A stretch of 64,000 bases of DNA from the NCBI GenBank assembly GCA_965261735.1, contig OZ253470.1:1120001-1184000 (forward strand). Direction: 5' to 3'. Below, in pieces: positions 49,456 to 59,419 of this stretch. Positions within the stretch are counted from its first letter, which is position 1, and every line of letters starts with the position of its first letter. Source of the DNA: Alphaproteobacteria bacterium (GTDB taxonomy: Bacteria > Pseudomonadota > Alphaproteobacteria > SHVV01). The notes beneath the pieces were generated by a model. It made no database searches. It saw only the letters and a list, made by a program, of their open reading frames with translations, and was not told the origin of the DNA. The translations under genes were made by a program, and so were the position numbers.

Positions 49456-50817
49456 CTAGATCGCCAGCCGATCGACGAGGCGCCCGATGTCGCCCAGGTT
49501 GTCGAGGTCCCACAGCAACTCAAGTAGCTGCTCGCGCTCGCCCTCGGCCATATGGTTGCGCGTGTTGTTGCGGTACTTGGCCTCGATCTCGTCATCGCTC
49601 GGCCCGCGCTGTACATCCTCGGTCGTGAGCTTGCCGTGGGCTATGTGCACCGCACCGCCCGCTGCGGTCGCCTCGATACGGCAGTTGCGCACCCCCGGCG
49701 TCTCGGCCGAAAAGGCATCGCACACGACGACCTCGGTGCGCCCGATGAGATCGAGGACATCGGCATCGAGAAAGCGGCGGTTGGCAAAGGTATCGGGGGT
49801 GACGGTGCCGTCGATCAAGGTCGCGGCGACGGCGACGAGCATCGAGTGATCGGCGGTCTCGCGCGTCTTGGGCGCCCACAGCTCGGGGTCGGCGACCGCG
49901 CCCTTGTGCGCCGAGGCATAGGTCTCGATCTTGAGACTGGCGATGTCGGCGGCGGCCACTTTCTGGCGCAGATCGCGCGCCGTCGCCACCGGGAGCTGAC
50001 AGGAGTCGCGCGCCGGGTACATCTTGATGTTCGACTGGGCGATGGCGAAGCCCTCCTCGCCGGCCGCAGCCAGCGGTTTAAGGTCGTAGGGCTTGCCCAC
50101 GGTCTGCTTCCACAGGCCGAAGACGCCGTCGAAAGCCTCGTAGGGGCCGGTCAGGCCCTCGCGCGCGAGCTGCGCGGCGAACACGCCCTGGCGGGCGCCG
50201 TTGGCGGCGGCGCACCCCTTCCACATCGACAGCTCACCGGCCCGCGTCTGGTAGGTGCACAGATTGGCGATGGCGGCGATGGCGAGCGCGTGTCGTAGCG
50301 CCTCGCGGCCGAGCCCGAGCAGCCGGCCGCACGCCAGCGCGCAGGCCATGACGCCGGGCACGGGCTGGTCCCAGCCATTGTCGTTGAAGGGCACGCTGTC
50401 GACGAAGCGGCACTGGATTTCATACGAGATGGCGAGCGCCAGGATGAAATCGGCGCCGCTCGCGCCCGTCGCCTCGGCGACCGCGAGCACGCCGGCGAGA
50501 TTATCGGACGGGTGGCTGCCGTCGAGGGTGCGGTGGGTGTCGTTGAAGTCGAGGTAGCGCAGCATCACGCCGTTGGCGAACGCGGCGAGGTCAGGCGTCG
50601 TACGCACCAGGCTGCCGATGACGCGCGCGCCCGAGTCGCCGGCCACCGGTACGGCCATCTTCCGCGCGATGAGCGCGGGCGGCTCGGCGTAGGCGGCGAC
50701 GGCGCAGCCCAGCGTGTCGATGATGCGCCGCTTGGCCGCCCTGACCACCGCCGGCGACAGATCCCCGAACTCGAGGGAGGCCGCATAGTCGGTGAGGCGT
50801 TCCTCGGTCGTCGTCAT
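49456..50817 (-). CDS. MmgE/PrpD family protein
   Basis: RYLDFND, HPSDN, ELSMWKG, RETADHS. Confidence 0.93.
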   Translation of the reverse strand: MTTTEERLTDYAASLEFGDLSPAVVRAAKRRIIDTLGCAVAAYAEPPALIARKMAVPVAGDSGARVIGSLVRTTPDLAAFANGVMLRYLDFNDTHRTLDGSHPSDNLAGVLAVAEATGASGADFILALAISYEIQCRFVDSVPFNDNGWDQPVPGVMACALACGRLLGLGREALRHALAIAAIANLCTYQTRAGELSMWKGCAAANGARQGVFAAQLAREGLTGPYEAFDGVFGLWKQTVGKPYDLKPLAAAGEEGFAIAQSNIKMYPARDSCQLPVATARDLRQKVAAADIASLKIETYASAHKGAVADPELWAPKTRETADHSMLVAVAATLIDGTVTPDTFANRRFLDADVLDLIGRTEVVVCDAFSAETPGVRNCRIEATAAGGAVHIAHGKLTTEDVQRGPSDDEIEAKYRNNTRNHMAEGEREQLLELLWDLDNLGDIGRLVDRLAI

Positions 50818-50839
50818 GGCTCTACCTCGTGGCCCAACG

Positions 50840-52201
50840 CTAAATCGCGAGGAGGTCGATCAGGGGATCGACCTTGGGGAGCGAGTCGAGCTTCCAGGCC
50901 ACGGCCAGCAGCTTGCGGCGCTCGGCCGCGCCCAGTGCCGTGCTCGCCAGGCCGTGGAACTTGGCCTCCAGCGCCTTGTCGCTCATGCCGCGCTCGATGT
51001 CCTTGAGGCTGAGCTTGCGGTGGGCGACGACCTTGGTCCCGTCCTTCGAGGTCGCCTCGAGGCGGCAGTTGCGCAGGCCCGGCGTCTGCTTGGTGAAGGC
51101 ATCGACGACCTCGACCTTGGTGCGCTTGATGAGACCGAGTACGTCGGCGTCGAGGAAGCGCTCGCGGGAGAAGGTCTCGGGCGTAACATCGCCGTCGATG
51201 AGCCCACAGGCGACCGAGACCAGCATCGAGTGATCGGCGGTCTCGCGCGTCTTGGGCGCCCACAGCTCCCTGTCCGCCACCGCCCCGACATAGGCCGACT
51301 TGTAGGTCTTGATGTGCAGCGACTTCACGTCCTCGGCGCGAATCTTCTTCCGCAGGTCGCGCGCCGTATCGATCGGTAGCTGGCACGAATCGCGCACCGC
51401 GTAGCGCTTGATGTTGGACTGGGAAAGGCCCAGCGTGCGGCCCTTGATGCTGCGCGGCAGGTCGACGGCGACGGGCTTGCCGAGCGTCTGCATCCAGACC
51501 CCGAAGTGACCCTCGAAGGGATCGTAGGGTCCGGCCATGCCCTCACGCGCGAGCAGCGCCGCGAAGATGCCGTGGCGGGCGCCGTTGGGTCCGGCGCAGC
51601 CCTTCCACATCGACAGCTCGCCGGCGCGCGTCACGTAGGTGCACAGGTTGGGCACGACGGCGAGCGCCAGCGCTTGGTGCAGCTCGTGGCGCGTGAGCCC
51701 GAGCATGCGGCCGGCGGCGAGCGCGCAGGCGCTGGCGCCGACCACCGGTTGGTCCCAGCCGTTGTCGTTGAAGGGCACCGCATCGGTGTAGCGGCACTGG
51801 ATCTCGTACGAGATAGCGAGCGCGAGGATGAAGTCGCGGCCGCTCGCGCCGCTCGCCTCGGCGAGCGCGAGGAGCCCGGCGAGGTTGTCCGAGGGGTGGC
51901 ACGCGTCGCGCGTGCGGTAGGCGTCGTTGAGGTCGAGGTAGCGCACCATGGCGCCATTGACGAAGGCGGCGAGGTCGGGCGTCGTGCGCACCATGGTGCC
52001 GAACACGCGGGCCCCAAAATCGCCGGCGATGGGCACCGCCATCTTGCGCGCGATGCGCACGGGCGGCGCGAGGTAGGCGGCGAGCGCGACGCCGAGCGAA
52101 TCGATGACTCGGGCCTTGGCGTCGTGAACCGCCCGGCGCGGCAAGTCGCTGAACCTGAGCCCGCCCGCGAAGTCCACCATCTGCTTGGCCGTCTTGTCCA
52201 T
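50840..52201 (-). CDS. MmgE/PrpD family protein (tandem paralog)
   Basis: Same motifs. ATG at 52201 after GAGGGG. Confidence 0.93.
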   Translation of the reverse strand: MDKTAKQMVDFAGGLRFSDLPRRAVHDAKARVIDSLGVALAAYLAPPVRIARKMAVPIAGDFGARVFGTMVRTTPDLAAFVNGAMVRYLDLNDAYRTRDACHPSDNLAGLLALAEASGASGRDFILALAISYEIQCRYTDAVPFNDNGWDQPVVGASACALAAGRMLGLTRHELHQALALAVVPNLCTYVTRAGELSMWKGCAGPNGARHGIFAALLAREGMAGPYDPFEGHFGVWMQTLGKPVAVDLPRSIKGRTLGLSQSNIKRYAVRDSCQLPIDTARDLRKKIRAEDVKSLHIKTYKSAYVGAVADRELWAPKTRETADHSMLVSVACGLIDGDVTPETFSRERFLDADVLGLIKRTKVEVVDAFTKQTPGLRNCRLEATSKDGTKVVAHRKLSLKDIERGMSDKALEAKFHGLASTALGAAERRKLLAVAWKLDSLPKVDPLIDLLAI

Positions 52202-52213
52202 TTGTCCCCTCCC

Positions 52214-52241
52214 CGCGACGCGACGCGACGCGACGCGACGC
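52214..52241. repeat. Pentanucleotide microsatellite (cgcga)x5.6
   Basis: Immediately upstream of the RBS of the PrpD-like gene. Confidence 0.85.
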
Positions 52242-52459
52242 CCTATTGGCGTTCGCCCACCACAGATGTCAAGCGTCGCGGGGCGGAGTCGATCACCGCG
52301 GGCCCGCGCTCCTGCCGTCGTTTCGTTGTGACGACCCGCCGCGGACGCCGAAGCGCATTGTGGTATCGTTGCGCCCAGGCCGACGGCAGGGACCTGTCCG
52401 GGCGAACACCCGGTGCTGAGGCCAGTTAGGCGGCCTGTAGGCAAGGGGTCAGAAGGCAG

Positions 52460-52717
52460 TTGTTGGGACACCGGAAACGCCCTTCGGGGTTGGTCGCCAT
52501 GCTCGCATGCTGTCTCGCTGTGTCGGGCGCGCTCGGCGCCGGCACAGCATTGGCGGAGGCTAATCCGGCGGCACCCACAGGCCAGTACGAGGAAGCGCTG
52601 GTCCGCTTCAATGCCAGCGATTTCGAGGCGGCCATCATCCACCTCAAGAACACGCTCCAGGCCGACCCCGACGACTTGGCGGCGCGCATCCTCATCGCCA
52701 GGGCCTATCTCGGGATC
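52460..52717 (+). pseudogene. 5' fragment of a TPR protein (PEP-CTERM PrsT-like), truncated by an IS
   Basis: Signal peptide, then YEEAL...AAIIHLKNTLQ.DP..LAARIL.ARAYL. Breaks at the IS3-like end at 52718. Confidence 0.7.
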
Positions 52718-52830
52718 TGTCTGACGTCAGCGCCTTTGGGACAAATTGAGGTAATTGCATAACGGAGGATTTCTGGCTCATCGTAGTGACCGAAGGGAAC
52801 GAAGATGAGACAGAAATCAATGAGCAAGAA
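52718..52830 (+). mobile_element. Left-end remnant of an IS3-family element
   Basis: TG-initiated end tgtctgacgtcagcgcctttgggacaaattgaggtaattgcataacggaggatttctggctc and orfA start MRQKS, recognised from alphaproteobacterial IS3 elements. Confidence 0.6.
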
Positions 52831-54200
52831 GGCTGTGTCTCGAAAGTGGTGGAAATTTGAGGATGGCGTAATCTCCGGGTGACAAGACAACCACCCAATC
52901 GGCGGCTAGCACCGCCAAGGAGATCACGCCATGAAGAACACTACCGAGACTTCCGCGCTTTCGCTACTGGCCAATGACGCCGGCTATGATCCGCTCGAGG
53001 ACCGGCTGCGGGAGAACATCAGATCCACGATCGAGGCCGTTTTTGAGGAGGAACTTGCGCAGTTTCTCGGGCGCTGCCGATACGGTCGAGAGGACGCGCT
53101 TCGGCAAGGGTATCGGAACGGGCACCGGGAGCGGCAACTGACGGGGACATTCGGGACCGAGAGGGTGAGCGTGCCGCGTGCGCGGATCGTTGAGGAAGAC
53201 GGTCGGGCGTCGGAATGGCGTTCGCGGGCGCTGCCGCGCTACCAGCGGCTGACCAGAAAGGCCGAGGCGCTGATCGCTTCGGTGTATCTGTCCGGAACCA
53301 ACACGCGGCGGGTGAAACGCGCGCTGTTCGGGCTCTTCCGGGGTGCTGTGAGCAAGGACGTTGTGAGCCGGGCGTGGCGCAAGGTGAAGGTCGATTGGGA
53401 CGCCTGGTGCAGCCGTGGCCTCGCGGATGAGGATATCGTTCGGCTGATCCTTGACGGCACTGTGATCAAGACCCGACTGGACCGCAAGGCCACCAACATC
53501 TCGGTTCTCGCGGCTATAGGGGTGCGCCGGGATGGCCAGAAGGTCTTGCTTTCGATCGGGAATATGGGCGGAGAAAGCCAGGCGGCGTGGCGCCAGTTCC
53601 TCGACGACCTTGATGCGCGTGGACTGAAACGGCCCGGGTTTGTCATCGTCGATGGCGCGCCGGGACTGGAGGCGGCTCTGTCGGCGCTTTGGGGCGATGA
53701 CCTTCCCGTTCAACGCTGCACCGTGCACAAGCACCGCAACCTTCTGGGTCATGCTCCCAAACACATGCATGACGAGCTGAGCGAAGATTACCGCGATATG
53801 ATCTATGCCGACACTGCCTCCGAGGTGGAAACCCGCCGCAAGGCGTTTGTCCGCAAGTGGCGGCTGAAATGCAGGGCCGTCGCGGACAGCCTCGCAGAAG
53901 CGGGCGACAAGCTCTTTACCTTCACGCGCCTGTCCAAGAGCCAATGGAAATCAGCCCGAACGACCAACGCCATTGAGCGTCTCAACGAGGAGTTCAAGCG
54001 CCGGATCAAAACACAGACCGTGCTGCCGTGTCCCGAAACAGTGCCGATGCTCCTCTGGGCACTCCTCGCTTCCGGCCAAATCCAGATGCGCAAAGTCGAT
54101 GGATGGGAAACCCTCGATCAGCTAATCGCCGACGAAACCCTTGACCGCGCAGCCTGACCGCCGCAAAACTCAACCCGCTCGGAGAGGCGCCAAAACCAAT
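52831..54200 (+). mobile_element. IS256-family IS copy 1 (last 24 bp of right TIR missing)
   Basis: Left TIR ggctgtgtctcgaaagtggtggaaatt. Matches the reverse complement of 57206-58599 but stops at ...ccaaaaccaat. Confidence 0.93.
52931..54157 (+). CDS. IS256-family (mutator) transposase
   Basis: YRNGHRER, LILDG, IVDGAPGL, QRCTVH, RTTNAIERLNEEFKRR. Confidence 0.96.
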   Translation: MKNTTETSALSLLANDAGYDPLEDRLRENIRSTIEAVFEEELAQFLGRCRYGREDALRQGYRNGHRERQLTGTFGTERVSVPRARIVEEDGRASEWRSRALPRYQRLTRKAEALIASVYLSGTNTRRVKRALFGLFRGAVSKDVVSRAWRKVKVDWDAWCSRGLADEDIVRLILDGTVIKTRLDRKATNISVLAAIGVRRDGQKVLLSIGNMGGESQAAWRQFLDDLDARGLKRPGFVIVDGAPGLEAALSALWGDDLPVQRCTVHKHRNLLGHAPKHMHDELSEDYRDMIYADTASEVETRRKAFVRKWRLKCRAVADSLAEAGDKLFTFTRLSKSQWKSARTTNAIERLNEEFKRRIKTQTVLPCPETVPMLLWALLASGQIQMRKVDGWETLDQLIADETLDRAA

Positions 54201-54318
54201 CGCGATTATCAACTAATACAATGACGCAAACCCAAAACCCTTCATCTGGAAAGCCGACCCCGATCATATCATCGTCGCACGAAACAGAGGGTTCCAAACG
54301 TTGGAATCAATCCACTAG
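54201..54318 (+). mobile_element. Right-end remnant of an IS630-family element
   Basis: Encodes ...PKPFIWKADPDHII...GFQTLESIH-stop and ends ccactag. Confidence 0.72.
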
Positions 54319-54342
54319 GTGCCGCTCGACGGAGGCAAGACG

Positions 54343-54738
54343 ATGGCGGCAACGATATTCCACATGGTCGCCGGTGCGCCCAGCCCCGTGGCACCGTTCA
54401 GCCACGCGGTCGAGGTCGACGGCTGGGTTCTGGTCACCGGACAGATGCCCAACGATCCTACCGACGAAGCCGCGCCCCTGCCGCCGACCGTGGAAGAGCA
54501 GACGCGCAACGTGATGCGCAACCTATCGATCGTCTTGGATTCGCTCGGCCTCGGCCTCGAGCATGTCGTCATGGCGCGAGTTTATCTGACCCATTTCCGG
54601 GAAGACTACGAGCGGATGAATGCGGTCTACAGGTCCTATTTCGCCGAGGGCAGGCTCCCAGCCCGGACCTGTATCGGGGTTACCGGCCTTGCGCTCGACG
54701 CCCGGATTGAGATCGACCTTTTGGTGAGGCGCCCTTGA
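54343..54738 (+). CDS. RidA/YjgF family protein
   Basis: PFSHAV, TGQMP, MNAVY, PARTCIGV, IEID. Confidence 0.92.
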   Translation: MAATIFHMVAGAPSPVAPFSHAVEVDGWVLVTGQMPNDPTDEAAPLPPTVEEQTRNVMRNLSIVLDSLGLGLEHVVMARVYLTHFREDYERMNAVYRSYFAEGRLPARTCIGVTGLALDARIEIDLLVRRP

Positions 54739-54937
54739 AGGCGTCGGCGGCTGCGGTGCCCGGCGACACGAGAGACGCCCCGGAGCCCGAAGGCGTGCGC
54801 GAATTTGGCCTGTTCGGCGGCGCTCGATGCACACGAGACCTGTGGTGCCAGAACCACGAAACCCGCCGATCAGACGAAATCAACGTGTCCAACGGGCTCA
54901 GGCTGCAAAGCCCCCATCAAGGCCCGACTGAAGCGGC

Positions 54938-54956
54938 TTTTTCCGCAGCCTGCTAG
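54938..54956 (+). mobile_element. Possible IS5/IS1182-like terminal remnant
   Basis: tttttccgcagcctgctag resembles TTTTTCAGCAGCCTG-CTAG IS ends. No partner end found. Confidence 0.35.
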
Positions 54957-54979
54957 TGGCATTCCTCCCGTGATGCAGA

Positions 54980-56851
54980 TCAGAAAGCGATCTGCAATCC
55001 GAGGTTCAGCTGGTGACCCCCGCGTGACCTGTGTCCGTAACGCCCGGAGTAACCGACAACAGCGACCGTTCGCTCGCCCAAACTTGCGGAAACACCGACA
55101 TCGGCGCTCAGCCACTGCCCAGGTGGCACGAAGCCCGAAGCGGTGAAACGTCCCGGCATGGTATTGGAGCCGGCCGTGACCCAAACGGGGCTGTCGTTCA
55201 GTTCTCTCTCATGCGCGACCCCGGCGTAAGGACGAAACGTCACGCCGCCCAGGTGCGTGTTTCCCGTGATCCGATAGCCGCCGCGGACGACGAGGGACCC
55301 ACGATCAAAGCCGGAGAAGTTCATCGCGGTGGATGAGCTTCCGCGTTCGCGGTAGCCGTCTATTTCTTGATTGAGCCAGGAGACCCCCAGCGCCAGCACA
55401 TGACGGGACGTCTCCAGATCCCAAAGGGTCCAGCCGAGATCGATATCGACCCCGAACTGACCTGCCGTCGTGGAACCGTGCTCGGTGCGCATTGCCGGTC
55501 CAAGGGCAATCGAACGCTCGATGTCCACCTGGCTTCTGCCCAGGTTCAGCGAACCGCTCAGGTCTAGGCGGCCTTGACGCCATGCCCCGTGGACCGAGCC
55601 GACGACTGTGTTGCTCTCGAGAACCGCGCCCGAAACGTCATTGTCGTGGCGGCCGACGCTCAGTGCGGCGCCCCACCAACGGCTGGTTGCCACACGCTGG
55701 CTGGCTCCCAGGGTGATCGCTTGCACGTCGGCCCGCGCTTTTCCAAGACGCGGCAGGGCATCCAACCCGCGTTTGCCCAAGTGTCCCGCCGTGTAGCCGC
55801 GCCAACTCCCGACCGCGCGCTCAAGCCCTAAATCCGACATTTGCTCGCGCGACACCACGTGTCGGTGCGTAGCGACCGCGTCGACACCCGCCTCCCCGGC
55901 GAGCGAAACCTGAACTGGGGCCGCGAGGATTGACGTCACCACACTGGCGACTATCTCGTGGGCCGCTCCGCTGGGGTGCTTGTCATCCGCAAACAAATGG
56001 CTCCGGTTGGTGCCGGGGTCATAGGTTACGCGAGAGCTGGAGCCTGATGGGCCGCATACAGGTAACCTCTCGCTCGGGGAACAGGCCGCTCCATGAACAT
56101 TGGTGAAGCCGTAGGTCGTGGGGTCTTGGAGAACCTCCCCGAACAGGGCGAAGGTGTTGATCGGAACGATTCCCGCATCGAGCGAACGAAAGCCCGCGTC
56201 GAGCTCCTCGTTGTAAAGGGTCACGAGAGCGGTAAGCGCGGCCGGAATTCTCGGATCGCCGGCGCGACGTGCAAACGGCGTCTCGCCCGCATCGACCAAG
56301 TTGAAGACCACGACATGGCGAGCGCCGGCCTCTTGAAGACGCCGGATATGATCTGTATAGGCGCGAGCCGCCGCCAGAGTGGCGGCTCGAGGATTAACCG
56401 CTCGGACACCAGGACTGGTACTTGCGGCAGCCTCGGCGACGGCCAACACATCGTTCGCGCCGCCCCAAACGGCATAAAGGGCGTCCGGGTCGGCCGCCCC
56501 CGAGGGCCGTGAGGAAAGATATTGATCGATCTGCTGACCGATCCCCGGCACAGGAACAGTGCACGGACTGTCCGGATTTACACAGGCGCCACCAAAGGCG
56601 TGGTTTGACCCACCGCTGAGCGAATGTAGCCCTGGCGAGCGGAAGGTATGCGCGACGATCCTCGCCCAGACCGGATCGGGATTGGTGGTAAAGCTGCTCC
56701 CTGTTGGCAAACCCAACGCATGAGCGATATTGCCGGAATCGCTCAGGCTGTCTCCGAACACGACAAACGAACTGTATTCCTGCGCCCGAATCCCAGCCGC
56801 GTAGCCGACAACCGCGACGAGAACCCAGAGAACGTGGAAATTACGAAGCAT
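54980..56851 (-). CDS. GDSL lipase/esterase autotransporter (EstA-like)
   Basis: FGDSLSDSG, GGAND, FADDKHPS, and a beta-barrel ending in F. Confidence 0.92.
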   Translation of the reverse strand: MLRNFHVLWVLVAVVGYAAGIRAQEYSSFVVFGDSLSDSGNIAHALGLPTGSSFTTNPDPVWARIVAHTFRSPGLHSLSGGSNHAFGGACVNPDSPCTVPVPGIGQQIDQYLSSRPSGAADPDALYAVWGGANDVLAVAEAAASTSPGVRAVNPRAATLAAARAYTDHIRRLQEAGARHVVVFNLVDAGETPFARRAGDPRIPAALTALVTLYNEELDAGFRSLDAGIVPINTFALFGEVLQDPTTYGFTNVHGAACSPSERLPVCGPSGSSSRVTYDPGTNRSHLFADDKHPSGAAHEIVASVVTSILAAPVQVSLAGEAGVDAVATHRHVVSREQMSDLGLERAVGSWRGYTAGHLGKRGLDALPRLGKARADVQAITLGASQRVATSRWWGAALSVGRHDNDVSGAVLESNTVVGSVHGAWRQGRLDLSGSLNLGRSQVDIERSIALGPAMRTEHGSTTAGQFGVDIDLGWTLWDLETSRHVLALGVSWLNQEIDGYRERGSSSTAMNFSGFDRGSLVVRGGYRITGNTHLGGVTFRPYAGVAHERELNDSPVWVTAGSNTMPGRFTASGFVPPGQWLSADVGVSASLGERTVAVVGYSGRYGHRSRGGHQLNLGLQIAF

Positions 56852-57205
56852 CGGAAGTTTCTTCCTTGCCTATCCGGTTTACACCCACACCCACTAGGGC
56901 TAGAATGGGCGCAACCCGGATATAGGGGAGCGCGCCATGGATGTTCTCGACCGCGCCGATCTCCCATTCCCGCATTCGCTACCCGAGTTCCAGCGACTTT
57001 TCCCCGATGATGCGGCCTGCGCCGCCTACCTGGAGAAAGCCCACTGGGGAGACGGCTTTGCCTGCCCGCACTGCGGCACGGCGGGAGAGCCGTTCCACTT
57101 TGAAAACCGCCCTGGCGTCCTGCGCTGCCGCAAGTGCCGCCAGAACACCGGGCTGACGGTGGGAACAGTGATGGAGCGTAGCCACACTCCGCTGAACGTC
57201 TGGTT

Positions 57206-58599
57206 GGTTGTGTCTCGAAAGTGGTGGAAATTGGTTTTGGCGCCTCTCCGAGCGGGTTGAGTTTTGCGGCGGTCAGGCTGCGCGGTCAAGGGTTTCGTCG
57301 GCGATTAGCTGATCGAGGGTTTCCCATCCATCGACTTTGCGCATCTGGATTTGGCCGGAAGCGAGGAGTGCCCAGAGGAGCATCGGCACTGTTTCGGGAC
57401 ACGGCAGCACGGTCTGTGTTTTGATCCGGCGCTTGAACTCCTCGTTGAGACGCTCAATGGCGTTGGTCGTTCGGGCTGATTTCCATTGGCTCTTGGACAG
57501 GCGCGTGAAGGTAAAGAGCTTGTCGCCCGCTTCTGCGAGGCTGTCCGCGACGGCCCTGCATTTCAGCCGCCACTTGCGGACAAACGCCTTGCGGCGGGTT
57601 TCCACCTCGGAGGCAGTGTCGGCATAGATCATATCGCGGTAATCTTCGCTCAGCTCGTCATGCATGTGTTTGGGAGCATGACCCAGAAGGTTGCGGTGCT
57701 TGTGCACGGTGCAGCGTTGAACGGGAAGGTCATCGCCCCAAAGCGCCGACAGAGCCGCCTCCAGTCCCGGCGCGCCATCGACGATGACAAACCCGGGCCG
57801 TTTCAGTCCACGCGCATCAAGGTCGTCGAGGAACTGGCGCCACGCCGCCTGGCTTTCTCCGCCCATATTCCCGATCGAAAGCAAGACCTTCTGGCCATCC
57901 CGGCGCACCCCTATAGCCGCGAGAACCGAGATGTTGGTGGCCTTGCGGTCCAGTCGGGTCTTGATCACAGTGCCGTCAAGGATCAGCCGAACGATATCCT
58001 CATCCGCGAGGCCACGGCTGCACCAGGCGTCCCAATCGACCTTCACCTTGCGCCACGCCCGGCTCACAACGTCCTTGCTCACAGCACCCCGGAAGAGCCC
58101 GAACAGCGCGCGTTTCACCCGCCGCGTGTTGGTTCCGGACAGATACACCGAAGCGATCAGCGCCTCGGCCTTTCTGGTCAGCCGCTGGTAGCGCGGCAGC
58201 GCCCGCGAACGCCATTCCGACGCCCGACCGTCTTCCTCAACGATCCGCGCACGCGGCACGCTCACCCTCTCGGTCCCGAATGTCCCCGTCAGTTGCCGCT
58301 CCCGGTGCCCGTTCCGATACCCTTGCCGAAGCGCGTCCTCTCGACCGTATCGGCAGCGCCCGAGAAACTGCGCAAGTTCCTCCTCAAAAACGGCCTCGAT
58401 CGTGGATCTGATGTTCTCCCGCAGCCGGTCCTCGAGCGGATCATAGCCGGCGTCATTGGCCAGTAGCGAAAGCGCGGAAGTCTCGGTAGTGTTCTTCATG
58501 GCGTGATCTCCTTGGCGGTGCTAGCCGCCGATTGGGTGGTTGTCTTGTCACCCGGAGATTACGCCATCCTCAAATTTCCACCACTTTCGAGACACAGCC
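57206..58599 (-). mobile_element. IS256-family IS copy 2, complete (1394 bp), 25-bp target duplication
   Basis: TIRs gg(t/c)tgtgtctcgaaagtggtggaaatt. gccacactccgctgaacgtctggtt is at 57181-57205 and 58600-58624. Confidence 0.96.
57273..58499 (-). CDS. IS256-family transposase
   Basis: Protein identical to 52931-54157. Confidence 0.96.
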   Translation of the reverse strand: MKNTTETSALSLLANDAGYDPLEDRLRENIRSTIEAVFEEELAQFLGRCRYGREDALRQGYRNGHRERQLTGTFGTERVSVPRARIVEEDGRASEWRSRALPRYQRLTRKAEALIASVYLSGTNTRRVKRALFGLFRGAVSKDVVSRAWRKVKVDWDAWCSRGLADEDIVRLILDGTVIKTRLDRKATNISVLAAIGVRRDGQKVLLSIGNMGGESQAAWRQFLDDLDARGLKRPGFVIVDGAPGLEAALSALWGDDLPVQRCTVHKHRNLLGHAPKHMHDELSEDYRDMIYADTASEVETRRKAFVRKWRLKCRAVADSLAEAGDKLFTFTRLSKSQWKSARTTNAIERLNEEFKRRIKTQTVLPCPETVPMLLWALLASGQIQMRKVDGWETLDQLIADETLDRAA

Positions 58600-59419
58600 G
58601 CCACACTCCGCTGAACGTCTGGTTCTGGGCCGCTTATCTGGTCGCCAGTCAGACGCCCGGCATGTCCGCCGTGCAGTTTCAGCGGCAACTTGGTCTTTCG
58701 CGCTACGAGACGGCCTTTCAAATTCTCCACAAGCTCCGCTCGGGCATGGTGCGGCCCAACCAAGACAGGATCGGTGGACAGCCCAAGAACCATGTTGAGG
58801 TGGACGAAACCTGGGTTGGCGGGCGAACGCGTGGGGAAGGCCGTGGTGTTCACCACAAGGTTCCCGTCTCCTGTGCCATCGAGGTGCGTCATCGAAAGCC
58901 GGGCACCAAGCTCGACAACCGGAAAGACGGACGCTATGCCGGACGCGTTCGGCTCGCCGTCGTGCTCGACCGTAGCGCCGAGTCGCTCTGTGGGTTCGTC
59001 GAGAGCACCGTCGCGCCGCGATCGCTGATCGTTACTGACGATTGGAGCGGCTATGCTGGCCTCGGGAAGCGCGGCTATGAGCACTTCGCTGTTGCCGAGT
59101 GTGGTGATCCAGAGGTTGCCGAGCAATACCTGCCGATCATCCATCTGGTTTTCGCCAACCTGAAGACGTGGCTGATCGGTATCCACCACGGCGTTAGCCA
59201 CCAGCACCTACAAGCCTACCTCAACGAGTTCACCTTCCGCTTCAACAGGCGGTTCTACCCGTTCAACGCCTTCCGCTCATTGCTCGGCATCGCGGGCGAC
59301 ACCTCTGCTCCAACCTATGCCGAGCTTTACTCGGGAGAGTGGCGGCACCCTACATGTAGCGGTCATGGGCGTTAACCGGATAGACAAGGTTTCTTCTTGT
59401 GTCTTGAGCAGTATCCGGC

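Larger units (their letters stand above)
56865..59388 (+). mobile_element. IS1595-family IS copy 3, interrupted by IS256
   Basis: TIRs cttgcctatccgg and ccggatagacaag, TSD GTTTCTTC (56857-56864 and 59389-59396). Transposase is split into 56937-57205 and 58600-59375. Confidence 0.95.

Noticed and set aside
58503-59375. Independent 290-aa transposase gene
   Set aside because: It is the 3' part of IS1595 copy 3 fused to IS256 end sequence and lacks the Zn ribbon.
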